Under the pieces are notes generated by a model, which saw nothing but the letters and a program-made list of their open reading frames with translations, made no database searches and was not told where the DNA came from. From Mobula hypostoma (Eukaryota): DNA of 64,000 bases. A program made the position numbers and the translations under genes. Location: NCBI RefSeq assembly GCF_963921235.1, contig NC_086100.1, positions 204,106,001 to 204,170,000 of the forward strand, written 5' to 3'. This document shows, piece after piece, positions 13,813 through 24,481 of this stretch; the first letter of the stretch is position 1; each line of letters starts with the position of its first letter.

Positions 13813-14858
13813 CAGTTGTACGAGAAAGTTTATAAACCCTGTCAAATTTTCTCAATTTCTGCATAAATATGATCAAATCTTCATTAAAGTCCAAAAAACC
13901 AGATACAGAAACCAACTAAATAAAGAACAAAAGAAAAACTTTATATTTGCTCATTTATTTAATGAGAAAAAAAGTGATCTAATAATACATATATTTCTCG
14001 GATAAAAATATGTGAACCTCAAGGGTAATACCGTCTACAAAAACTATTTGGAGTCAGCTGTTCTTTCCTGTCAACGAGATGACATTGGAATTGTGTGTTG
14101 CAAAGGTTCCCTGCCCTTTTAACAATGATTCACAAAGTCAGGTTACCGACAAAACCTGCTCTGTTCAACAAAGACCTGTTTATGTGCACCATGACTCGAT
14201 CAAAAAAAAAATTGTCAGCGAACCTTAGAGGAAGTACTGTAGATATGCATGAATATGTAAAAGATCTACAAAAACATTTCTAAAGTCACGAGTTTTCATC
14301 AGTCAGTAGTAAGTGAAATTGTCTATAAATGAAGGAAATTCAGAACTATTGCTATTCTCCCTAGGAGAGGGCGTCCTGCAAAGATCACATAGGAGAATCC
14401 GAAACGAGATGAAAAATAACCCAAGGGTGACAGCAAAATCATGCAGAAATCTCTAGAACTTGCTAATGTCTTGTGTGTCCACTATAAGGCAAAACAATGA
14501 GCAGGAATGGTTTTCATGGACGGACACCACGGAGGAAACCACTGTTCTCCTAAAAAATTCATTGCTGCACATCTCAAGTTTACAAAAGGCCACCTGGATG
14601 TTCTACAAGGCTCCTGGGACAATGTTCTGAGGACAGATGAGAAAAATATTGAACGTTTTGGCAAAAATGGACATTTCTGTGTTTGGAGGAAAAAGGACAC
14701 TAACAGCAGAACCTCATCCTAACTGTAAGACATGATAGAAGGAGCATTATGGTTTGGGACTGCTTTGCTAGGTCAGGGACTGGAGAGATTGCAATCGCTG
14801 CGGGAATGATAACTTCAAAACTGTATGAAGACATTTTACAGGAGAATGTCAGGATAGC
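13813..14858 (+). mobile_element. Tc1-like DNA transposon, left end and decayed transposase, 3'-truncated
   Basis: TA followed by CAGTTGTACGAGAAAGTTT..AACCC; MTRSK..LS.NLR start near 14191; WDNVLRTDEKNIERFG and GSIMVW-type motifs. Confidence 0.85.
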
Positions 14859-14859
14859 A

Positions 14860-15490
14860 AAGAGTTGGGAATTTAATAGGTGAAAGAGATACAGGACTGG
14901 AAAAGGAGAATCTAATATAGGACAGATGGGTATCGCCTCTGTCTGGAGTTACAGCCTCTTTTACTTTCTTCCATTGCCTTCTTTACTTCACCCCTACACC
15001 CTCCATCAGATTGCACTCATCACCTTGTGTTTCTCCCTCTCATCCCCACAGCCACTAAGCCTGAATCCTCATCTTAATTCCACCAGTCCTGATGAGGTCC
15101 CAGCCGGAAACGTCGTCTGTACTCTCTTCCATAGATGCTGCATAGCCTGCTGAGTTCGTCCAGAAATTTCGAGTGTGTTACTTGTTACCCTGTCACCCCC
15201 TCTCTTCTTGCCTGCTTATCACCCTTCTCTGGTTCCACTCGTCCTTCCTTTTTGTCAGTGTTATACTCTACTCTCCTATTAGATTCGTTCTTCTGCAGCT
15301 CTTTAACTTTTCCAAATCTCATCTCCCAGGTTCTGATTTCAGTTCCACCCCCTCACACCAACCTTGCCCCTCATCTACCAACTGCCAGCTTGTACTTCTA
15401 CCACTTTCCTCAATTTATCATTCGAGCATCTAACTCCGTCTTTTCCGATCCTGTTGAAGTGTCATTTTATTAAAAGCTGACTGTTGTCGG
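14860..15490 (+). mobile_element. Decayed Penelope-like 3' terminal repeats
   Basis: cagtcctgatga...gaaacgtcgtctg at 15084-15119 followed by gatgctgc..cctgctgagttc; a second, more decayed copy ends near 15485. Confidence 0.65.
15084..15119 (+). ncRNA. Hammerhead ribozyme motif, mildly degenerate
   Basis: CAGUC-CUGAUGA-GG UCCCAG CC G-GAAA-CGUC-GUCUG; core intact, one mismatch in helix I. Confidence 0.6.
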
Positions 15491-15499
15491 TTAATTGTT

Positions 15500-15695
15500 G
15501 ACTGCTGTCTACAATGGGCGTATTATTGCGGCTGGACATCAGCACGTGGGAGTGCTGTACACAGTAGACCTGTCTTTGTGGCAAGACTCACCCGCTAGGA
15601 TTGTTGTCCATTGCAGAGCTGCCTTTGCGGCAAGACACCACCAGGTGGGAGTGCCGTCCACAGAGGACCTGCCATTCCGGCAGGACACCACTAGG
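15500..15695. repeat. Four degenerate ~46-53 bp units in ABAB arrangement
   Basis: gtgggagtgc.gt.cacag..gacctg....gg.a.gac...c.ctagg occurs twice about 99 bp apart. Confidence 0.6.
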
Positions 15696-15709
15696 TGAGA
15701 TAATTGCGC

Positions 15710-16520
15710 ACATAATATACTGGAGGAACACGCGGGTTAAGCAGCGTCAATGGAAATTAGTCAACAGCTGACATTTCCAGCTGAGACCGCTTTTCAGGAC
15801 GAGAAATGAAGGACAAAGCCCAGAATTAAAAAGCGGGGGCAATAGAAGCAGGATGTCTACAAAGTGATTGGTGAAGTCCGCTGAGTGGGACAAAGAGCTA
15901 GACTGTAAGGCATCTGATTTGAGAGGAGAGGTTGGACAATGGGAGAAAGCGAAGGAGGAGTGGGAAAATAGGAGGTGATATGTACTTGAGAAAAAGAGGT
16001 AAGAGCTAGAGTCGGGATAAAAGATGAGGGAGGGGGAAGGATAAAGATTACTGGAAGGAGAAATCGATACTCATGTCATCTGGTTGGAGACTATACAAAA
16101 AAAAATATAAGGTACTGCTCTTCCACGCGGAAGTTGGCATCAACATACCATCATGGCATTAGAGGAAGCCATGGTCCGACAAGATGGAACGGAAATGAGG
16201 ATAGGAATAAAATTGTTTGCGAACAGGGAAGTTCCAACTTTGGCAGATGAAAAGGAAGTATTAGAAACGGCGATTCCCCCAATTTCCGCCAGGTCTCATC
16301 AATGTGGAGGAGGCTGCATCAGGAGCACCGGATACAATAGAGGAAGTGTTGTCTCTCCTAGAAGAACCTCTTTGGGCGATGAATGGAATAAGGGAGAAGA
16401 TGAATGGGCAGGTGTAGTATTTATCTCGCTTTCAGAAAAAGATGCCAGGAGGAACATTAGTGGAAAAAGAGAAATGGAGTGAGCGATCTCTCCAGAAACC
16501 GGAAAGTGGTGGGAGGTAAA
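15710..16520 (-). mobile_element. Penelope-like element: decayed GIY-YIG endonuclease end plus 3' terminal repeat
   Basis: Minus-strand translation gives YCIRCS.C.LLHIDET.RKLG and EEQYLIF...LQP..MSIDF; decayed hammerhead at ~15765-15800. Confidence 0.8.
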
Positions 16521-16819
16521 CATGTGTTTAGAACAGAAGTGATAGGAACAGAGTCAGGCCATTCGGCCCATCTCGTCGGCTCCGCTATTTCATCACTGCT
16601 GACCCTCCAGAACCCATTCTTCTGCCCTCTTACCGGAACAATTCACTCCCTGAATAATCAAGAACCTATCAACCTCCGCCATATTTACACTCTATAACCT
16701 GCCAACACAGCCACCTGTGGCAAAGAATTCAACAGATTCACCACCTACTGCTCTCAACCAGGCAATTATAGGCCGGTGGGACTGACAGCAGAAGTACTAA
16801 ACCAATTGTATGATCTAAA

Positions 16820-16945
16820 GGCAAGTCCTGCCTCATGGCTTCGGCCCGAAACGTCGAATGTACTCTTTTCCATCGATACTGCCTGCCTTGCTGTGTTCCT
16901 CCAGCATTGTGTGCGTTGCTTGGATTTCCAGCATCTGCAGATTTT
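16820..16945 (+). mobile_element. Penelope-like 3' terminal remnant with broken hammerhead
   Basis: ggcccgaaacgtcgaatg...ccagcattgtgtgcgttgct..gatttccagcatctgcag; the CUGANGA box is destroyed. Confidence 0.65.
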
Positions 16946-17219
16946 CTATTGTTTGTTACAATCAGTTGCATTCATTTTACGGACAGGAGGGTTGGTTTAC
17001 CATTTTATCTGGAACTGAATACTTTAGTTTTGAAAACTATGAGTGTTATGTTGTACTACGAAGACCCTAACCACTGTGCTTTAAATGAATGTGTTCCATT
17101 CGTGTTCCTTCTCGTAAAATGTTTGAATAACTTGTGTTCAGGGTGTTGTGAGCGCGGCTTTGCCATGTGTCTGTGATGATGTTGCAAGTATGTTTATCAG
17201 TGCAGCTGTGTTTAATGTC

Positions 17220-18240
17220 ATTTTCTGTACACAAATGAAAAGGAAACGAAAATGCTTGTTACTCCGGATCGGATGCAGCAATGAAAAGGAAACACACAAT
17301 GAGAAACAACACAATAATAAAAATGCAATACATATAAATACATAGGTTAGCTTATATACACAGATTGATTGTATGTCCTTAAAGTGACATTAGGCTGTAC
17401 ATGAGGTGACTGACAGGAAATAATAAAGTGGTAGTGATTGTAGTGTGGAGGGGTGGGTTAATGGTAAGAGGTGTTGATCAAATTGGCAGCGTAGGGATCG
17501 TAACTGTTTTGAGTCTGGCGTGGATGCTACGTAGCCTCCTCCCTGAAGGAATTGGGTCAAACAGTCCGTGAGCAAGGTGCGTGGGATCCTTCATGATGCT
17601 ACTGGCCTTTCAGAACACACCTCTGTATATATGTCCCTGTTGGTGGATAGGCTGATACCACTGATGCTTTGGGCAGTTTGGACCGCCAGGTCAAAGCCTT
17701 CCTGTCAGCCGTAGTGCCGTTTCCGTACCGTGCAGTGATGCAACGTGTTAGGATATTCTCCACTGCGCACCTGCAGAACGAAATGAGTATGGATGTGCAT
17801 AGTCCAGCTCTGTGCAGCCTCCTCAGAAAGTAGAGGCGTTGGTGAACTTTTTTTAACGGTGTAGGCTATGTTCTGTGTCCAGGAAAGGTTGTGTGTGGTG
17901 TACACACCCGGAAGTTTGAAAGTGCTCGCAGTTTCCACGGCGTTGCCCTGATGTAAAGAGGGATGCAAGTGGTACGTGTCTCCGAAAGTCAATAACCATC
18001 TCCCTTATCCTATTGACATTGAGTAAGAAGTTATAAGCACCGCACCAGGCCTAGAGCTCTTTCACCTCCTCTCTGTCGGCCATCTCACAGTTGTTGGCGA
18101 TCAGACCTCCATGTTTCGTGTCATTATCGACCCTGACGATGTGATTACTCAGGTGTTTGACCGCGGAGTTATGTGCAAGCAGTGTGTATGGCAATGGGCT
18201 CAGCACACAACGGTGGGGACACTGTGTTGAAGATGATAGG
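17220..18240 (-). mobile_element. Old Rex1/Babar-like LINE (second family), decayed RT
   Basis: CVLSPLPYTL.AH...HLSNHIV..D.DT..GGLI.NN.E...REEV resembles the Rex1 RT; STFKLPGVYTTHNLSWT. Confidence 0.75.
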
Positions 18241-18409
18241 AGACAGAAACAGCTGAATTTCCTGACCATCTGACGGATAGTGACATGAGGGGTTGTGTCT
18301 GGTATTTAAAATTCTTCTTTCTGTTCTCCACTCAATGACATCTCTGTTGCTACAACCTCTGGGCCGTAATAGACGTGTCCGGTTAAAGAAAACGTTTCTG
18401 CTGTAAGTT

Positions 18410-19379
18410 TGGCAGCACTGGGGTTCCACAGGGGACTGTCTTGTCTCCCTTTCTCTTCACCATTTACACCCCGGACTTCAACTACTACACAGAGTCTTGT
18501 CATCTTTAGAAGTTTTCGGATGACTCTGCCATAGTTGGATGCATCAGCAAGGGAGATGAGGTTGAGTACAAGGCTGCTGTAGGAAACTTTGTTACATGGT
18601 GTGAGCAGAATTAACTGCAGCTTCATGTGAAAAAGACTGAGGAGCTGGTGGTAGACCTGAGGAGAGCTAAGGTACTAGTGACCCCTGTTTCCATCCAGGG
18701 GGTCAGTGTGGACATGGTGGAGGATTACAAATACCTGGAGATACGAATTGACAATAAACTGGACTGGTCTAAGAACACTGAGGCTGTCTACAAGAAGGGT
18801 CAGAGCCGTCTCTACTTCCTGAGGAGGCTGAGGTCCTTTAACATCTGCCGGACGATGTTGAGGATGTTCTGCAAGTCTGTGGTGGCCAGTGCTATCATGT
18901 TTGCTGTTTTGTGCTGGGGCAGCAGGCTGAGGGTAGCAGACACCAACAGAATGAGCAAACTCATTCGTAAGGCCAGTGATGCTGTGGGGATGGAACTGGA
19001 CTCTCTCACGGTGGTGTCTGAAAAGAGGATGCTGTCTAAGTTGCATGCCATCTTGGTTAATGTCTCCCATCCACTGCATAATGTACTGGGTGGGCACAGG
19101 AGTACATTCAGCCAGAGACTCATTCCTCGGAGATGCAGCACAGAGCGTCATAGGAAGTCATTCCTGCCTGTGGCCATCAAACTTTACAACTCCTCCCTTG
19201 GAGGGACACCCTGAGCAGATAGGCTGGTCCTGGACTTATTTCATAATTTACTGGCATAATTTACATACTACTATTTAACTACTTATGGTTCTATTACTAT
19301 TTATTATTTATGGTGCAACTGTAACAAAAACCAATTTCCCCCAGGATCAGTAAAGTATGACTATGACTATGACTATGAC
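18410..19379 (+). mobile_element. Rex1/Babar LINE, 5'-truncated
   Basis: GVPQGTVLS, KFSDDSA, KKTEELVVD, RLYFLRRLRSF; (CTATGA)n tail. Confidence 0.9.
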
Positions 19380-19594
19380 CAGTTCATAATCAGTCAGATG
19401 AGATATTTCAGCATATCAGGCGGTGAAATGTAAATGTATCAGAGGATTACATGTCAGAGGAAGGTGTCATAGATAATCAGCGACGTTGGGCAGTTCAAGA
19501 GTGTCTGCACCTCTACAGCAGAGCTGGCGTGCAAGCCTATCCAGCAGAAGACTTCCATGTGTCCTGGAAATGGAAAAGGAAGTCAGTTATAATG

Positions 19595-19691
19595 CAACAT
19601 ACATCAAAGTTGCTGGTGAACGCAGCAGGCCAAGCAGCATCTATAGGAAGAGGCGCAGTCGACGTTTCAGGCCGAGACCCTTTGTCAGGAC
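19595..19691 (-). mobile_element. 97-bp Penelope-like terminal fragment: hammerhead plus 3' end
   Basis: Near-identical to 8215-8311; hammerhead core reads CUGACAA instead of CUGACGA. Confidence 0.8.
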
Positions 19692-19971
19692 GGTGTATGC
19701 ACCGGTGCCATCTCTTAAACCAATATGCTGACGGGCTGTCTCATCAGTGGCAGCCTTACACAGTCCCTTGAACATTTTCCGTGGTGACATTATTAATGTT
19801 ATTAATAGCATGTCACGCTGGGGGTCGAGTTCTTTGATCCTGTCGTCTGTTAACATTAAAATTTTAACCAGAATCCTGGATCCCGGGAGTCTCAATCTCT
19901 CCTTATAGTCATTGTGGAAAATAATTTATCTTACCACGAGATGATAGAGAGTCCACATTTGTGGAGCTCTG

Positions 19972-20605
19972 AGTTTGGATCCAGTGGCAGACAAATGTGT
20001 GTGTCCTTAGCAGAACAGGTGTGTTAGTTCAGAAAGTTCTTTCCCATCCGTCTACACTTATCTCATTTGTACAGCTGTATTATCGTTCTACTGAGAGGTT
20101 GTGGTCAGCACAGTAATCTTAGTTCTGCAGACTTGCAACTGAATTGTATGAATACAGGCTGTCAAACCACCAAGCTTCAACAGCACACAATTCCTTTAAC
20201 CCCCTCTTTCCCCTCACACCCTTCTCGCTCTGCCACCCTCACCTTCTCTCTGTATCTCTCGCACCGCTCTCCACCCTCTGAATTAGAGGGAAATCAGCTT
20301 GTGTTTGGTTCCAGTAGCAGACAAGTGTGTGTGACTTTATCAGAACAGAGGAGTTAATTCAGAACGTTCTTTCCCATCGGTCTACATTTATCTCATTCGT
20401 ACAGCTGTATTATCGCTCTACTGGGGGGTTGTGGTCAGCGCAATAATCTTAGTTCTACGGACTTGCAACTGAATTCGATAAATATAAGCTATGGACAAAG
20501 TCACAAAGCTTCAACAGCACACAACTCTTTTAACCCTCTCTGGACCCCACCTCCCCTTCTCTCCACTCTCACCCCTCTGAGTTACAGGGAAATCAGCTTG
20601 TGTTT
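19972..20605. repeat. Diverged direct tandem duplication (~330 bp and ~300 bp)
   Basis: ccagt.gcagacaa.tgtgtgtg...tacagctgtattatcg...gacttgcaactgaatt...agcttcaacagcacacaa...gggaaatcagcttgtgttt present twice. Confidence 0.85.
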
Positions 20606-20723
20606 ATATCTAGGAACAATCCACAAGACCACAAACTCTTTTGACTTTATATTTCAAATGTTCTTAAACAGGGCCGGTGACTTTAAATGCCTTGGCGCTA
20701 CCAATTCAGAGAGCTGATACATA

Positions 20724-21604
20724 CAGTTGCAGTCAGTAGTTTACATACACCTCAGTGAAATACATCTAAACTCAGTTTTTCACATTTCGTGACATTTAAT
20801 CCTAGAAATCATTCTCTGTCTTAGGTCAGTTAGGATCACTGTTTTATTTTAAGAATGTGAAATGTCAGAGAGAATGATTTATTTCAGCTTTTTTTTTCTT
20901 TCATCACTTTCCCAGTGAGTCAGAAGTTTACATACACTTTGTTAGTATTTGGTGGCATTGCCTTTAAATGGTTTAACTTGGGTCAAACATTTTGGGTAGA
21001 CTTCCACAAGCTTCTCACAGTAAGATGCTCGAATTTTGTTCCATTCCTCCAGTAAGAACTGGTGTAACTGTGTCAGTTTTGTAGGTCTTCTTGCTCGCAC
21101 ACGCTTTTTCCGTTCTGCCCACATTTTTCTATTGGATTGAGGTTAGAGCTTTGTGATGGCCACTCCAATACCTTGACTTTGTTGTCCTTATGCAATTTTG
21201 CCACAACTTTGGAGGTGCTTGGGGTCATTGTCCATTTGGAAGACTCATTTTCGACCGAGCTTTAACTTCCTGACTGATGTCTTGAGATGCTGCTTCAGAA
21301 TATCCACATAAATTTTCTTCCTCATGATGCCATCTATATTGTGAAGCGCACCAGTCCCGCCTGCAGCAAAGCACCCCAACAACATGATGCTGCCACCCCC
21401 ATAATCCACGGTTGGGATGGTTTTCTTCGGCTTGCCAGCCTCACCCTTCTTCATCGAAACATAAGGATGTTCATTATGGCCAAACAGTTCAATGATTGTT
21501 TTATCAGACCAGGGAAATTTCTCCAACAAGTTAGATCTTTGTCCCCATGTGCACTTGGAAACTGTAGTCTGGCTTTTTTTTTATGGCAGTTTTGGAGCAG
21601 CGGC
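20724..21604 (-). mobile_element. Sleeping Beauty-family Tc1 transposon: right IR/DR and C-terminal part of a decayed transposase
   Basis: TA+CAGTTGCAGTCAGTAGTTTACATACAC outer DR; CCCAGTGAGTCAGAAGTTTACATACAC inner DR at 20911-20937; peptides GGGSIMLLGCFAAGGTGALH, YVDILKQHLKTSVRKLKLGRK, KRVRARRPT.LTQLHQ and FKGNATKY*. Confidence 0.93.
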
Positions 21605-21718
21605 ATAAATGTTCACTCAGGCCCTGAGACCACACAAACCACAGACACAAACACGTGCACGCACAGACACTCACTCAGACACAGGCCCACTCACTCACAA
21701 ACTCACGCTCGCATACAT

Positions 21719-21759
<41 letters not shown>

Positions 21760-22160
21760 CACAGGCTCACACACACAAACACACTCACACACTCTCCACA
21801 CGCACTCACACATTCACACACCCAGCCGCACGTGCTCGTGCAGAGAGGCGCACATTGACATAAATGTGCACACAGGCCCTGAGACTCACAAAAAACACAG
21901 ACAGATACACGCACATCGAGATGCACACACGTGCACGCACACACACACATACAGTGCATACACACTGACACACATCAATAGAAACAAACAGGCACACAGA
22001 TTCAAATACACACTCAGATGCTCACAAACATACCAGCTCGCAGAGACGATTCATGGAGACAGAAGCATGCACACAGAGACAGGCACATACAGACACAAAA
22101 GGAGACACAAACGCACGCACCACACACACATACACATGCACACACACACAAAAAAAAACT
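21605..22160. repeat. (CA)n-rich microsatellite / low-complexity tract
   Basis: Direct inspection. Confidence 0.9.
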
Positions 22161-22384
22161 ATCACATCTCCCTCAGCTCCCCACTATGTTTTCTATGCTT
22201 TCAGTTTTAGAGTAGTTTCATTCTTCTAAACTCTGCAACTCCAGGCCTAGAGCCGTCATTAATTTGGCAAAGCATTCAGACGCTGCGTCCTCTCGGGGCA
22301 AACTAAAGGTGTTTTTTTTTTCTCTGTCTCTGCTAAATGTGTTTTATATTCGGTTGAGAAGGACACCCTTCTTACCTCACAGTG

Positions 22385-24240
22385 GCAGGGTCCGGAATGT
22401 CTCTGATAGGGTGCACGACATCCTGGTACGAAAGGGAAATCAACGAGAAGTCGTGATACATGTTGGGACCAACGACATAGGCAGGAAGAGGGATGTGGTC
22501 CTGAAGTGTGAGTTTCGGGAACTAGGCAGAAGGCTGAAGAACAGGACCTCAAGGGTGGTGTTCTCATGGTTTCTGCCAGTGCTACGTGACAGTGATGGTA
22601 AGAATTGAAGGAGATGGCAGTTGAATGCGTGGCTGAGAAGTTGGTGCAGTGGGCAGGGTTTTTGGTTTTTGGATCATTGGGATCTCTTCTGGGGAAGGTG
22701 GGACCTGTACAGATTGGATGGGTTGCACCTGAACTCGAGGCGGAGCAATATCCTTTGCAGGTAGGTTTGCTAGCATGGTTCGGAGGGTTTAAACTAATTT
22801 GCAAGGGGGATGGGACCCGGAGCGATAGAGCAGTGAAAGAAGTGCATGGAGTAAAGCTACGGAGTAATGTTACAATGAGGTTTATGAGGCATTGGTGAGG
22901 CCGGATCTGGAGTATTGTGTTCAGTTTTGATCACCAAATTACAGGAAGGATATGAATAAGGTTGAAAGAGTGCAGAGAAGGTTTACAAGGATGTTGCCGG
23001 GACTTGAGAAACTCAGTTACAGAGAAAGGTTGAATAGGTTAGGACTTTATTCCCTGGAGTGTAGAACAATGAGGGGAGGTTTGATAGAGGTATATAAAAT
23101 TATGGGTATGAATAGAGTGAATGCAGGCAGGCTTTTTCCACTGAGGCAAGAGGAGGAAAAACAACAGAGGACATGGGTTAAGAGTGAAGTGGGAAAAGTT
23201 TAAAGGGAACGTTCGGGGTAGGGGGGGCTTCTTCACACAGAGAGTGGTGGGGGTATGGAATGAGCTGCAAGACGAGGTGGTAAATGCGGGTTAATTTTTA
23301 ACATTTAAGAATAAATTGGACATATAAATGGATGGGAGGTGTATGGAGGGATATGGTCCGTGTGCAGGTCAGTGGGACTAGGCAGAAAATGGTTCGGCAT
23401 AGCAAAGAAGGGCCAAAAGGCCTGTTTCTGTGCTGTAGTTTCATTGGTTTCTATGGATATTTGTTGCAGGGAAATGTACTATGGACATGCGGTCGATGTT
23501 TAGGGATCTCTTGCAGGAAGTTAGGGATAAATTTGCCCCGGTGAGGAACATAAAGAATGGTAGGGTGAAGGAACCATGGGTGACAAGTGAGGTGGAAAAT
23601 ATTGTCAGGTGGATGAAAGCAGCATACATGTGGTTAAGGAAGCAAGGATCACAGGGGTCTCTTGAGGAGTACAGGGAAGCAAGAAAGGAGCTTAAGAAGG
23701 GGCTGAGAAGAGTGAAGAGCAGGAAGCGGGCACAAGAAGGTCTTGGCGAGTAGGGTAAAGGAAAACCCCAAGGCATTCTTCAATTATGTGAAAAACAAAT
23801 CTATGATAGGAGTGAAGGTAGGACCAATTAGAGATAATGGTCGGAAGATGTGCCTGGAGTCTATGGAAGTGAGCGAGGTCCTCAATGAATACTTCTCTTC
23901 GGTATTCACCAATGAGAGGGAACTTGATGACGGTGAGGACAATATAAGTGAGTTTGATGTTCTGCAGCATGTTGATATTAAGGGAGAGGAGGTGTTGGAG
24001 TTGTTAAAATACATTAAGACGGATATGTTCCCGGGGCCTGACGGAGTATTCCCCAGGCTGCTCCATGAGGCGAGGGAGGAGATTGCTTTGCCTCTGGCTA
24101 GGATCTTTATGTCCTCGTTGTCTACGGGAATGGTACCGGAGGATTGGAGGGAGGCAAATGCTGCCCCCTTGTTCAAAAACCTTTGTACGGATATTCCGGG
24201 TAATTATAGACCAGTGATCCTTACGTCTCTGCTGGGAAAA
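22385..24240 (+). mobile_element. CR1 family C fragments (ORF1 esterase part, then part of ORF2), with a 3' fragment of another CR1 family at ~22858-23457
   Basis: VVIHVGTNDI motif; KENPKAFFNYVKNK; PGPDG; inner fragment has RRFTRMLPGL and a tttc..tggtttctatgg tail. Confidence 0.85.
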
Positions 24241-24481
24241 TCGGTTAATGCTGTGTATTGGATTTTCAGAAGACCTTTAACAAGGTGGCACAGAAGCGGC
24301 TACTTAACAAATTAAGAGCCGTGGTATTAGATGGAATATACTACCATCAATAAAGCAGTGGCTGAGTAGCAAGAGGTTAGCAGCGGGAATAAAGGGAACC
24401 TTTACTGCTTGGTTGCCGGTGACTAGTGACGTTCCGCAGGGATTTGTATTATGCCAATAATTTGTATGAATTGATTGTTTT

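Noticed and set aside
19641..19895. 84-aa minus-strand ORF
   Set aside because: No recognisable family; its end runs into the Penelope insert
21287..22210. 307-aa His/Thr-rich ORF
   Set aside because: Antisense Tc1 sequence fused to a (CA)n tract
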